From: an archaeon
Lineage (GTDB): Archaea > Undinarchaeota > Undinarchaeia > Undinarchaeales > JBDRKL01
Assembly: GCA_043814055.1 (NCBI GenBank)
Contig: JBDRKL010000008.1
Span: 1-52,194, forward strand
Direction of reading: 5' to 3'
DNA: 52,194 bases
Made by a program: the position numbers and the translations under genes. Every line of letters starts with the position of its first letter. Position 1 is the stretch's first letter. Below are positions 36,363-46,504 of this stretch, piece by piece. Under the pieces are notes generated by a model. It ran no database searches and was not told where the DNA came from. It saw only the letters and a list, made by a program, of their open reading frames with translations.

Positions 36363-38447
36363 TCACTCCAACCCATCAAAAATATTTTTTGCAACTTTAA
36401 CCCCAATCAGCTTTGAAACTCTCTCAAGCCCGGCCTTCTTGATGTCCTCAATGCCTTTAATCCCATTTGAGTGCAGCGTCCTCGCCCTAACTCTTCCAAT
36501 ATTCTTAATCCTAACCAGGGGCAAAAGTTCCATCTTAACACCATACTTCAGCCTCTTCCTAACTGTATTCGCCATCGGCACAATCTTCTCCCTCTCCGCA
36601 AGCCGCGCAATCTCTGAGCAGGCATAGAGCAGCCAATCCGCCACAGTCAGCTTCCCGTGCAAAACTCCCGGCGGCAGACCATACTTGTCATAAATCTTGT
36701 CATCAGTAACCTCGTTCATCCACTCAAAGAAAATGTAAGCATTTCTGAACGCGCGAAACTGCTCATCAACCAAGTCATATTTCTCAAACTGCTCATACAG
36801 CTCAACTTCCTCCGAACGCCGAACAGTTCCAATCGGCCGCATCTCCGCGGAGTCCGAAAGCACAGTCAACAAGACGACCTCATCCAATTTCTCCCTCTCA
36901 AACAACTGCAGAAAATCCCACGCAGTCAAAGGATCAAGATAAAGCTCAGCGACTCGTCTACCTAATTTAGTACATCCTAACATATTCTCATGGCGATTAA
37001 CAAACCCCCAGTCAAACAATTGGTCAAGAACCCGGTCAATCAACTCCTCCAATTTTTCCATATCTCCAAACTGGTGAGCATAAAACGTTTTCTCAAAAAA
37101 TTCGTAAAGATTCTCCTTGCTCCACGGCAGCTGCGCAAGCAGGCCGAGCACGTGCGTTCTCATAACCGGTTCAACCCCGAGCTTTGAGCTAATCGGCTCT
37201 GGGCTCCCTTCAACATAATGCTCCCACAGCATGTCAAATTCTTCCTCGTTCTTCGCAATCAAAATCGCTTCCCCCTCATTGTCATACTTCGGTCTTCCTG
37301 CCCTGCCGAACATCTGGTGCACTTCAAGAATTGGAATCGGTTCCATTCCAAAATTCCCATACCTCCTGTAATCGCGAACAATCACGCGCTTCCCAGGCAA
37401 GTTCACCCCTGCGGCAAGAGTCGGCGTAGCTGAGATGACTTTAATCAAATTATTCTTGTAATTCTTCTCAACAATCATTCTCTGTTTCTGGTGCAGTCCT
37501 GCGTGGTGGAACGCTGTGCCCTGCCTTACACAATCCGAAAGTCTCTTGCACTGCCTCGTTGGCGAGTCAAGAACATTCAAAACCTGCTCTGATAATTTTG
37601 ACAATTCTTTTTTCTCTTTCGTGTCCAGAATCTCGTAAATCTTTTTCCCGGTTTCTTCTGCCTCTTTCTCAGCTCCTTTCCGTGTGTTAACAAAAACCAG
37701 GCTCTGCGCCCCGTTCTTCACAATGTCCAGGGCCAAAACTTTTGAAGGCTCCAGTCCGCCGCTAATCTTCAAGTCAGCCTTCCCGCTGAACGTAACCTCC
37801 CCGTCCAGATAAACTCCGCGCGAAAGTTTTATCGGTCTGAACTCTGACTCAACAAGCTCAGCTTCCAACCACTCCGCAATCTCGTCCGAGTTTTCAATTG
37901 TCGCTGACAGCGCCAACATCTGCACTTTCATACTTTTCAATCTTGTCGCAACCATCTCAATCGCCGGCCCCCTATTCACAGAATCAATAAGATGCACCTC
38001 GTCAAGCACGACAAGCCTGACGTCCCTGAGCCAATCCTGCCCGTGCCGCATTATTGAATCAAGTTTCTCATTTGTCAAAATCACAATATCAAACCCAGCG
38101 AGTTCTGCCCCGCTTGAGTCATAGTCCCCGGTTGAAATCCCAATCTTCGCAAACTCGCTGTACTTCTCCTTCATGTCCTCAAACTTCTCAAAAGCAAGAG
38201 CCCTGAGCGGCGCAGTGTAAAGCGCCTTACCCCCTTTCAAAACCTGATTAAGCATGGCGAGCTCTGCAATCAAAGTTTTCCCCGAGGCTGTCGGAATACT
38301 CAGCACAAGATTTTTCCCTTCAAAAACTCCGGACTCAATCGCTTCTTTCTGCGGCGGGAACAGCTCGTCAATTCTGTCAATTTCCTGAACTCTCTGCACC
38401 ACATCCGCGAGCGCTGGGTATTTTTTTGAAATCTCCTCAAGTTTCAT
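36363..38447 (-). CDS. hel308: Ski2-like helicase Hel308/Hjm
   Basis: IPTASGKT, DEVH, LSAT, FHHAGL, TPTLAAGVNLP, QMFGRAGRP, C-terminal HhH IGRVRAR.L. Confidence 0.93.
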   Translation of the reverse strand: MKLEEISKKYPALADVVQRVQEIDRIDELFPPQKEAIESGVFEGKNLVLSIPTASGKTLIAELAMLNQVLKGGKALYTAPLRALAFEKFEDMKEKYSEFAKIGISTGDYDSSGAELAGFDIVILTNEKLDSIMRHGQDWLRDVRLVVLDEVHLIDSVNRGPAIEMVATRLKSMKVQMLALSATIENSDEIAEWLEAELVESEFRPIKLSRGVYLDGEVTFSGKADLKISGGLEPSKVLALDIVKNGAQSLVFVNTRKGAEKEAEETGKKIYEILDTKEKKELSKLSEQVLNVLDSPTRQCKRLSDCVRQGTAFHHAGLHQKQRMIVEKNYKNNLIKVISATPTLAAGVNLPGKRVIVRDYRRYGNFGMEPIPILEVHQMFGRAGRPKYDNEGEAILIAKNEEEFDMLWEHYVEGSPEPISSKLGVEPVMRTHVLGLLAQLPWSKENLYEFFEKTFYAHQFGDMEKLEELIDRVLDQLFDWGFVNRHENMLGCTKLGRRVAELYLDPLTAWDFLQLFEREKLDEVVLLTVLSDSAEMRPIGTVRRSEEVELYEQFEKYDLVDEQFRAFRNAYIFFEWMNEVTDDKIYDKYGLPPGVLHGKLTVADWLLYACSEIARLAEREKIVPMANTVRKRLKYGVKMELLPLVRIKNIGRVRARTLHSNGIKGIEDIKKAGLERVSKLIGVKVAKNIFDGLE

Positions 38448-38496
38448 AGGGGTAAAATACTTAAACCGGATACTTCATATTTGTTTCTTGATAGCG

Positions 38497-39036
38497 ATGG
38501 CTAGAAATGTTCCAAAAATAATAGTTCATGTGGTTAGTGCAGAAGAATTTAAAACCAAATTTGATGAGTGCACGCACGGCAAGAGAAAACCCCTGCTTAT
38601 TGAGATACCCAACATGACCACGGAAACTGCCGAAATATATCTTACTCGCTACATATCTTTTCTGCAGAACAGCAAAAACTCCGGCCTACTCCTTAAATCG
38701 GAAACAAAGGTTTTGCAGGAAGACGGAAAACCAAAGTTCCTCCTGGAGGTGTATGAGTTTGAGCAAATTGACCAGACACAGGAAGTTGGGGGCGCCAAGG
38801 AACTGACAACAGTAAAACGCGAGAAACCGCACCACATCCTAATTGAGTCAGGCCCAGAAACGCCAGGAATGGCAAAGCTTGTGCTTTACCTCCACCCAAG
38901 CGACACGAATACGAGAATCATAATTGACGCATGGAAGTTTTTTAAGCAGAATGAGAAAAAGAAGCAAGCGGAATTCCATGCCTGGCTGGACGTGGTTGGC
39001 ACAAGAATCCAGATACAAAAAATACAGGCTAAATAA
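38497..39036 (+). CDS. Hypothetical protein
   Basis: ORF of about 179 aa divergent from hel308; no motif recognised. Confidence 0.6.
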   Translation: MARNVPKIIVHVVSAEEFKTKFDECTHGKRKPLLIEIPNMTTETAEIYLTRYISFLQNSKNSGLLLKSETKVLQEDGKPKFLLEVYEFEQIDQTQEVGGAKELTTVKREKPHHILIESGPETPGMAKLVLYLHPSDTNTRIIIDAWKFFKQNEKKKQAEFHAWLDVVGTRIQIQKIQAK

Positions 39037-39643
39037 TATCCGCTGCGCACGCAAGCAGCACAGCCGGCAGCGCAACCAGCAGAGTTCTGTTTATCATAAT
39101 GCTAACTGCAGTCACTCCAATAACATTTATCCCGAACAGCAGCATGAAGCAGAACACGACTGTCAGCGAAAGCATGTAAAAGAAAACGGCTCGCTTTGGT
39201 ATTATCTTCTTCAAAACGTCAATGTCTGTAATCTTCTTGAATTGCGAGAAGTTCAAAACAAACGCAGCCCCGAGCAGCGAAACCACAACAATGAACAGCG
39301 CGCTCCAATAGGTCATTCCAGCAGCAACATCCCACAGCGTACTCTCCCAGACAACCGAAATCATTCCAACCATGGAGCCAACTAGCCCGCGCGCAATATC
39401 CCCCTTTGTTATTTTGTCCTCTATGCGCCGCGCAACCTTGAGTTTGTCCAGCTTTTGCTCGAACTGCGCAAACTCCTTAATCTCATTCGCTCCCTCTACC
39501 TCAACCTCCTCTTTGAGTTCATCCATCTCAGCCTTGCTCTCATCCACCTCTGCCTTAATCTCGTCAAGCTCGGATTTTATCGCCTTTAGCTGGTCAAGCT
39601 CTGACTTTTTCCTAGAAGTTTTTTTCGCACGCTTCTTCGCCAT
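39029..39643 (-). CDS. Membrane protein with N-terminal coiled coil (DUF2391-like)
   Basis: Charged coiled coil, then DIARGLVGS...WDVA and four TM helices ending ACAADII. Confidence 0.65.
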   Translation of the reverse strand: MAKKRAKKTSRKKSELDQLKAIKSELDEIKAEVDESKAEMDELKEEVEVEGANEIKEFAQFEQKLDKLKVARRIEDKITKGDIARGLVGSMVGMISVVWESTLWDVAAGMTYWSALFIVVVSLLGAAFVLNFSQFKKITDIDVLKKIIPKRAVFFYMLSLTVVFCFMLLFGINVIGVTAVSIMINRTLLVALPAVLLACAADII

Positions 39644-39674
39644 AATACGCTATAGAAAACAGGAGTATTTATTT

Positions 39675-41372
39675 TTAGTCCAAGCTGCCTTTACCGCTCG
39701 GAACAAATCTCTGAATCTCACTCACGCTTACTTTCGTGTCCAGTTTCTTTTTAATCTTCTTCGCGAGCTCCCCTGACTTCTCCTGCCCTGGCCCCACGAG
39801 AACATAATTCTTCGTCTTTGCTTTCACAGCATTTTCCGGCCCGGCAACAACCTCATCACCAAGAACTCCAATCGCCATCTTCAGCTCGGTATTCCTAAAA
39901 TAAGTCTTCTTCCCTTTAATCATGAACGCGCCCTTCCCAATAAATTCACCAGAAGGCGCCTCTTTTGTAACCTGCTCCGGTTTGACATAATAAACATTAA
40001 CAGTTCCAAAGCCGCGCTGCCACGCTTTTGAGTAGCTCGCCGCGAACTCCGCGGTCTCTTTCAAGGTATTCTCCGGAATCGCTTTGCCTCCGGCTTTCAC
40101 AATGCAAAACGGAGCGCCTGTAATGTCAGCGTGGAACACCACATCATCCGGCTCCATATGCTTTTTCACAACTATCTCATTGCTCGTTGCGTCCTTCCCG
40201 CCTATAACTAAAAATCCGTCCGAGCTTTTGAACCACCTGAACTTCTCAAACCACTCCTGCTTCACCTTCTCTTTCTTCTCCGGCAGTTCTTCCTCAGCCT
40301 CAACCTTGACACTTTCAATAGCTTCCTTGGTCTTTGCAATCGCCGCGCGCAAACCCGGTATCTTCTTCCTGGCCTTCTTCGCTTTTTCATACGCCTTCCC
40401 AGCCTCTTCAAACTTCTGCTCGCCCGACAACTTGTCTCCTTCCTCTTTCAGCTCGTTCATTTCCCGCAGGAACCTGTCAAACGCTTCCTCCTGCTCTCTG
40501 AGCCGATACTCAAGCTCCCCTGTTTTCTCATCTTTCTTATCAGCAAGAACCACTGCCCGCTCCTCTGCGAAGAATCCATCGCACGCCCCGCTCAGTGTTT
40601 TGAACTTTTTGCTCTCTTTCAAATTGGATAATTTTATTGGCGAAAACTCAACAGGAACTCCTGCCTCTTCATACAAATAACCAGCTTTTCCAACTTCCTT
40701 GAAAATATTCTGAATCGCATTGTGCACCTTCTTCAGCTCTGCAGCAGAAACCTCTTTCAAATTCTTATCAACCCCTGCCCTCGCGCAAATCTCCTCAGCG
40801 TACATTCCTCCAAAGTTCAGCGCAGTCGCAAGAGCCCTTACCAAATCCTTCCCGGACTTTTCCAAAACCTCTTTCAGCCCTTCCTCATCCAGCTCTTTCG
40901 TGTTCGCGCCCTCGGGCGGGAAAACATACGGCTCTTTTGATTTTATCGTCCTGTGTTTCCACTTCTGGTTGTGCAGAGCCTGCATAATATTATTCTTGCT
41001 GTCAACCAGGATGATATTTCCATCTGAGAACATTTCAACAACAAGCGTTTTCTCCTCTTTTCCCTCAAACTTCAGCGCAAGAACCCTGTCAAAATTATGC
41101 TGCTCAACGCCAGTCAGGAAACAACCGCTCAAGTGCTTTCTCAAAAACATGCAGAACCCGTGCGGGCTCTGCGGAAACTTGAACGAATACTGAGTCAGGT
41201 AAGCCCGGTCTGGGCCGAGCACAAGCACGGTCTTTTCCCCCTTGTACAGGCTCAAAAAAACATTATTTCCTTTCTGGTAAACCTTCTGGACCCGCGCGCC
41301 GGTTAAACCCTGCAACTCTTTTTCAGCTACAAAAACCTCAAGCGACGTGAAGTCCCTTGATTCTTTTTTCAC
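39675..41372 (-). CDS. rqcH: Ribosome quality-control factor RqcH/NEMF (NFACT family)
   Basis: FCMFLRKHL, QHNFDRV, GNIILVD, WFEKFRWF.SSDGFLVIGGKDA.SNE, HADI.GAP, APSGEFIGKGAFMI. Confidence 0.9.
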   Translation of the reverse strand: MKKESRDFTSLEVFVAEKELQGLTGARVQKVYQKGNNVFLSLYKGEKTVLVLGPDRAYLTQYSFKFPQSPHGFCMFLRKHLSGCFLTGVEQHNFDRVLALKFEGKEEKTLVVEMFSDGNIILVDSKNNIMQALHNQKWKHRTIKSKEPYVFPPEGANTKELDEEGLKEVLEKSGKDLVRALATALNFGGMYAEEICARAGVDKNLKEVSAAELKKVHNAIQNIFKEVGKAGYLYEEAGVPVEFSPIKLSNLKESKKFKTLSGACDGFFAEERAVVLADKKDEKTGELEYRLREQEEAFDRFLREMNELKEEGDKLSGEQKFEEAGKAYEKAKKARKKIPGLRAAIAKTKEAIESVKVEAEEELPEKKEKVKQEWFEKFRWFKSSDGFLVIGGKDATSNEIVVKKHMEPDDVVFHADITGAPFCIVKAGGKAIPENTLKETAEFAASYSKAWQRGFGTVNVYYVKPEQVTKEAPSGEFIGKGAFMIKGKKTYFRNTELKMAIGVLGDEVVAGPENAVKAKTKNYVLVGPGQEKSGELAKKIKKKLDTKVSVSEIQRFVPSGKGSLD

Positions 41373-42082
41373 GGCTCAAACTCCTCGCCTTCTTCAGAAT
41401 CGTCATAGTCCTTCTCAAGCTCTTTCTCAAACTTCTCCAATTTATCAAGAAGCTCCTGCTCCTTGTCCCCCTTCGCAACACCCATCCACTCATCTATTCC
41501 ACGGTCCTTGGTCTTGAGTATCTTCATGATCTCGCGTTGCTTCTTCACTTTTTCCTTCAGCTTGTCTTCGGCCTGCATCTGTTCAAGCTCTTTCTTGGCT
41601 TTCGCAGCATCTAGCGCCTCCTTAATCCTGGTCGCCTCTGGCTCCCCAAGGAAAGTTAGCAGCTTCGTGGTCGTGGTGAGTTCCTTGCTGTGCCCTCTCG
41701 GCTCAGAATTTATCAGCCCGCGCTTTTCAAGCTCTTTTATGTAATCATAAACCCTGTTCCCAAACTTGTTCACAAGATTCGCCTGCCTCACAGGCTGCTT
41801 GTAAGCGATGTAAGAAAGTATGGTCAAAACCGCGCGGCTCATATCCATCTGCGGCGCCATATGCTGGACCTTGTCAAGGTACTTGTGCCGAACCTCCATC
41901 CTATACCGCCCATTCTCCTCCCCAATCTGAATAGCAGTATCCCTGTTCTTGTACTCCTCTGTGAGCTCGTCAAGCGCCTTCTTTACTTCCTCAACCGAGT
42001 CAATTCCCAGTATCTTGCAAATCTCCTCTGGAGTAACACGCCTCCCTGCCATGTACAATGCCGCCTCAACTTCGTGTTTCAT
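41369..42082 (-). CDS. scpB: SMC-Scp complex subunit ScpB
   Basis: VEAALY, LSYIAYKQPV, RGLI...TTKL; charged C-terminal extension. Confidence 0.88.
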   Translation of the reverse strand: MKHEVEAALYMAGRRVTPEEICKILGIDSVEEVKKALDELTEEYKNRDTAIQIGEENGRYRMEVRHKYLDKVQHMAPQMDMSRAVLTILSYIAYKQPVRQANLVNKFGNRVYDYIKELEKRGLINSEPRGHSKELTTTTKLLTFLGEPEATRIKEALDAAKAKKELEQMQAEDKLKEKVKKQREIMKILKTKDRGIDEWMGVAKGDKEQELLDKLEKFEKELEKDYDDSEEGEEFEP

Positions 42083-42135
42083 TGCTATGCCTTAGGTTGG
42101 ATAGTTTTATAAATTTAGGGGAGCTATCAAAATTG

Positions 42136-42651
42136 ATGAAGAAAAACATAATCATCGCCACAAGGCAGACCGCGCTCATTTTCGCGACAATCGGAATCTT
42201 TGTTGCTCTCTTTAGCCAGGTCTTGGCTAGCCCTCTCATCTTCCTCTCGTTCGCCTCATCCATATTTGCAATATTTGCCCTGCCGAATACGCATACTTCT
42301 GAAACAAAAGTAGTGCTGGGCAGCCAGTTGCTCGCGGCGTTCGTTGGCTACGGATTAACTTTCATATTTCCTGAATTCTCCCCACTAGTAGCCGCGCTCT
42401 CTGTTGGAATTGCCTCTTTCTTCATGATAGTCCTGAACATGCGCCACGCCCCAGCTGCAGGAACTGCGCTCGCGTTCTCCTATAATCTCGGCGGTCTCGG
42501 CTCTGCAGAACTTTTCTTAACCTCACTTGTGATGGTATTTGCCCTTGGCGTAGTTAGTGGACTTTGGCACCTTATCAGAAAAGTATGGGTAGATATTGAG
42601 CACGGGCTGGACGAGCTTGAAGACCTTCTTGGTATCCACAAGAAAAAATAA
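42136..42651 (+). CDS. HPP-family membrane protein
   Basis: FALP....SE...VLGSQL and HAPAAGTAL (HPP variant); start corrected to ATG 42136. Confidence 0.75.
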   Translation: MKKNIIIATRQTALIFATIGIFVALFSQVLASPLIFLSFASSIFAIFALPNTHTSETKVVLGSQLLAAFVGYGLTFIFPEFSPLVAALSVGIASFFMIVLNMRHAPAAGTALAFSYNLGGLGSAELFLTSLVMVFALGVVSGLWHLIRKVWVDIEHGLDELEDLLGIHKKK

Positions 42652-43005
42652 TCACTTCTTATAGCAGCCATACAATGCGTAAGCGCAAATCGTGCTGGAC
42701 AAGAACAGGAGTAAAAGAAGGTTGCGCACAAAAACGTGGTAGATGCTCCACCCGGCGAACATTATTGCCACTCCAACAATTAGAAGCCAAATCATTGAAA
42801 ATGCCATTGGCAGTCCAATAATCAACTCGTGGTGCCTGCCTTTGTGGGGATATTTGCTGTAGCTGAAACCAAGGAACAAGAACAGAACAAAAGCTGCCTC
42901 AAAAAACGGCCACTCCGGCCAAACGTACTCAAGCAGGAAAGAGAGAAAACCGAGTACTAAAAGAGGAACTGTCAGCGTTGTTATTTTTATCCCTTTCTTT
43001 ACCAT
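42652..43005 (-). CDS. Hypothetical membrane protein
   Basis: 117 aa with about four hydrophobic segments. Confidence 0.6.
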   Translation of the reverse strand: MVKKGIKITTLTVPLLVLGFLSFLLEYVWPEWPFFEAAFVLFLFLGFSYSKYPHKGRHHELIIGLPMAFSMIWLLIVGVAIMFAGWSIYHVFVRNLLLLLFLSSTICAYALYGCYKK

Positions 43006-43103
43006 AATCTAAACTAGGGGGCAGTTTCTTATAAAGGTTATTCTCTCAACAAACTTGCCTTGGTTAACCAAACCTTATAATCCCTTCTGCGCTCGTTTCC
43101 TCC

Positions 43104-46100
43104 ATGAACTATACAATCAGGAAACACCCGCACTACAGCCGGCGAATAAACAAGAAATACGTGGCAATGCTCTGCATCTTTTTTGCTCTGGTCCTTGTAT
43201 ACAAAACCAGCGGCCTGCAGCCAATCACCGGCTTCGCAGTTCTTGGCTCAGGCGAAGAAACCTCTGGGCACGAAGAGCTCCTAAAACTTACGGAAAACCA
43301 AACAAACTACACAGAGCAAAATCCCTGTGAAGAAGCAACAACCTCATCAGGCAGCGGCGCATCAATCTCAGGCACAACCCCTCCAACTTACAGACCCTCT
43401 ATAAAAATCTCATTCCCGCTTGAGCTCAACCTGCCCCACAGCGCGGGATTCAACGTGACAATCATAAACCCAACTGGTCAAATCTTAACCAACCTTTCAT
43501 TAACTTCAAATTCAACCAACATCCTGGTTCATTCTACCCTGCCAGACATCATCGGCGCTGAATCCACAGTAATAATTCCAGTCAACCTCTCAACCCAAAA
43601 CTCGTCATGCTTTGTTGAAACTGCAATCTTCAATTTCAAATCAAACACTTACCAGGCAGTTTTCCAAATCAAAATCCACGCCAACGGGGTGTGGACAACT
43701 GGCGGAGTCTACTACAACCGCACAATGCCCAAGTCAGCCTCCTATGAAATAGTCCCGGTCCCAAACGCATTCCCAGAGCTCTCAGAAACCTGCGCCGGCT
43801 ACGAGCAAAATCCAACAGATTCCCTCGGCACTTTCCAATCTTTCCGCCCTGCAGAACCAGTTAACATAACCATAATCGCTCCTGGCTTCCTCGCTTCAAG
43901 GCACGCACGTAAAGAGCTTGAGCACAATGAGCAAAACGCGCACTTCCTGCTCCTAATCGGAAAGTCCAAGCTTAGCCCTGCTGAAAACGCAAAACTCATC
44001 CTCGGCGAAAGCTCGGAAATAACCTACGCCGCGGTAACTGAATTCCCTGACACAATCCTACTTGGCTACGAATCTCTCAAAGATGTTAAACTTGAACTAA
44101 CGCTCATCAAGGAATTCGGCGAGGAAACATACGAACTATCAGAGCCCACATATTCCTACCACAACCTCAGCGCAGGCACACAACTCATAACCGCAAACAT
44201 AACAATTCCTGGCAGCCTCTCCTCCCGCGACTTGAACGCGCCAAAGCTCCGCGCCCGCCTCAAGACCTCAACCTCTGACATAATTTATGAAAAATCTGAA
44301 AAAGTCACGCTCGGCTTTATCCTAGCAGAACTCAACACGTCAACAATCAAAATCCGCAACCCAACCTCGCGAACAATTGAAGGAATAACTCTCGCCTCTG
44401 AAATCACCAACGAGCTCGGCAGCGGCGCAATAGTTGAATTCTCAAATAACCAATTTGCCCTTGAGCCAAACGCAACAGTCAACATACAATATAATATATT
44501 AAACACTGAGCAGGGTAATTACACAGGTCACATCTCAGTCTCAGGCACTCTCCCGCCGCTCGGCGATTGGGATGAACCAGCGTCTGATTTAATCTTTCTC
44601 CCAGTTGGCTTGAACCTTGAAGTTCACGACATCTCGCTTACACTTACCAGCCCCCTAGTAATCACTCCAAACACACCACTCAAATTCCTAATAACCAACA
44701 AGAAGAGCCACAATGAAACCACAAATTTCACGCTCGGCAGCTGCTCAGAGCTCATTGAGATCACCTCGGGCGAATCAAAAGTATACACACCAACCTGTGA
44801 AATCCAACTTGTCCCAGGCTCAAATAATCTCTCAGCCTCAGCCAAAATCCCAATGGACTACACGCCCTGGGACAACTCTCAAACTTTCCAAATTTTCGTA
44901 ACCAACCAAACCGAAAACAAAAACGCAATCATCCTAATCTTTGACGGCCTCGGTTCTCAATACTTGAACCGCGCGGAAACCCCAACTTTCAAAGCTCTGC
45001 AACACCGCGGTTTGGACTTCACCAATGCGCGCGTGCGGATACCTAGCACTACTGAATCCCACTCAATTCTCTTCACATCTCAATACAAACTCGGCTACGA
45101 CTACAAGGCATTCTCCCAAACAGTCGCGCTTCCGAACAACACAATATTTGACAGCGCCCGCGAACAGGGTTATATTATATTAGGGGTAATGGGTCAGGGC
45201 GATTCGCCCCAGGCAGTCTCCAAGATGGATGCAGCGCTCTGGGACGCAAATAACAACTGGGACTTGTTTGACTCAAATCTAAATTATAAAAACATCTCAC
45301 CAAAACTCCTAAGCGTAATGCAGCAGCACAACAACCTCCCTGATTACAAAGATCTCAGCGATTGCGAGTTCTGCGACTACGACCAGTGGACAGCAGACGC
45401 AGTAACCTCGCTGATTGAAAACGCAGAAGAGCCCTTCATCCTTACAGTGAACTTCGCAGGCACAGACCACGCAGGCCACTCTGGTCCGGCAGATTACCTC
45501 AAAACCAAAGTCGCGGCAGACGCCCAACTAAACCAAATCCTCAACACGCTGATGCAAACTGGTCTCGCCCAAAATACAATATTAATAGTAACAGCTGACC
45601 ACGGCATGTGCTTCCGCGAAGGCTCCTATGGCTGGTACGGCTATCACGCATCGTGCGCAGATGAGCCAGCTTACCAAATTCCATTAACAATAATAGTCCC
45701 TGGCAGGGAACTAACACAATCAAGCTCCCTCACATATCTCGAAGACACCACAGTAACTTTGGAAACCCTCCTCAACATGAACAAACAACAAAACCCAACC
45801 GGCATAACCCGCCCCGAGCTCTTTGGAGATTTCTCTGACATTGGAATCGAATCACTCTCTCAAACACAAGCAGTACTCAAAAACCACGGCACCTTTGAAG
45901 AAACTGTCAGCATTTGCTTTACCACTTCGCAAACCACTGAATGCAGACAAGCCGCACTGGCCCCAAAAGCTGAAGAAATAATATATTACAATTTCACACC
46001 ACAGAACAGCGGAATCCACAAACTCACGGTACATCTCGAAAATCCAGACGCAAACCCGCACAACAACCAGCTCACAGAATCAGTAAGCGCTGGAGCCTTC

Positions 46101-46436
46101 ACAGATCTTGGAATTGGCAAAATCTGGTACGACCTCACAGACCAGTACTACAACAACTCAACACAAAAAATCGAACTGGACATCGACATTTGCAACAACG
46201 GCAACCTTGACTTTGAGGGCAAAGTTGGCATGCACATTTGGATTGAGAATTGCACAGAGAGCTTCTGCAACAAGACATACAATCCAACGTTCAGCGCAAA
46301 AATCGGCAACTGCAACACTTACAAGAGCGACGCGCCTTTCGGCCTGCAAAGCGGATTCCAGACGATTTATTTTGAAATAAATACAACAGACGCTGATTTG
46401 AATAATAATGAGAAAACTTTAACCACTTTCACTTAA
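43104..46436 (+). CDS. Large exported protein: Ig/CARDB-like repeats + alkaline-phosphatase-superfamily (NPP-like) domain
   Basis: N-terminal TM/signal with ITGFAV; many N-x-S/T sequons; ILIFDGLG, PSTT..H, D..GH, TADHG metal-binding motifs; CARDB-like ...NN... ends. Confidence 0.8.
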   Translation: MNYTIRKHPHYSRRINKKYVAMLCIFFALVLVYKTSGLQPITGFAVLGSGEETSGHEELLKLTENQTNYTEQNPCEEATTSSGSGASISGTTPPTYRPSIKISFPLELNLPHSAGFNVTIINPTGQILTNLSLTSNSTNILVHSTLPDIIGAESTVIIPVNLSTQNSSCFVETAIFNFKSNTYQAVFQIKIHANGVWTTGGVYYNRTMPKSASYEIVPVPNAFPELSETCAGYEQNPTDSLGTFQSFRPAEPVNITIIAPGFLASRHARKELEHNEQNAHFLLLIGKSKLSPAENAKLILGESSEITYAAVTEFPDTILLGYESLKDVKLELTLIKEFGEETYELSEPTYSYHNLSAGTQLITANITIPGSLSSRDLNAPKLRARLKTSTSDIIYEKSEKVTLGFILAELNTSTIKIRNPTSRTIEGITLASEITNELGSGAIVEFSNNQFALEPNATVNIQYNILNTEQGNYTGHISVSGTLPPLGDWDEPASDLIFLPVGLNLEVHDISLTLTSPLVITPNTPLKFLITNKKSHNETTNFTLGSCSELIEITSGESKVYTPTCEIQLVPGSNNLSASAKIPMDYTPWDNSQTFQIFVTNQTENKNAIILIFDGLGSQYLNRAETPTFKALQHRGLDFTNARVRIPSTTESHSILFTSQYKLGYDYKAFSQTVALPNNTIFDSAREQGYIILGVMGQGDSPQAVSKMDAALWDANNNWDLFDSNLNYKNISPKLLSVMQQHNNLPDYKDLSDCEFCDYDQWTADAVTSLIENAEEPFILTVNFAGTDHAGHSGPADYLKTKVAADAQLNQILNTLMQTGLAQNTILIVTADHGMCFREGSYGWYGYHASCADEPAYQIPLTIIVPGRELTQSSSLTYLEDTTVTLETLLNMNKQQNPTGITRPELFGDFSDIGIESLSQTQAVLKNHGTFEETVSICFTTSQTTECRQAALAPKAEEIIYYNFTPQNSGIHKLTVHLENPDANPHNNQLTESVSAGAFTDLGIGKIWYDLTDQYYNNSTQKIELDIDICNNGNLDFEGKVGMHIWIENCTESFCNKTYNPTFSAKIGNCNTYKSDAPFGLQSGFQTIYFEINTTDADLNNNEKTLTTFT

Positions 46437-46504
46437 GCTGCAGCAGCCCAGCCACCATTTAAAACGAGGTGCACGAGCTTGAGGGGGTGTTCAAGAAAAA
46501 GTAA

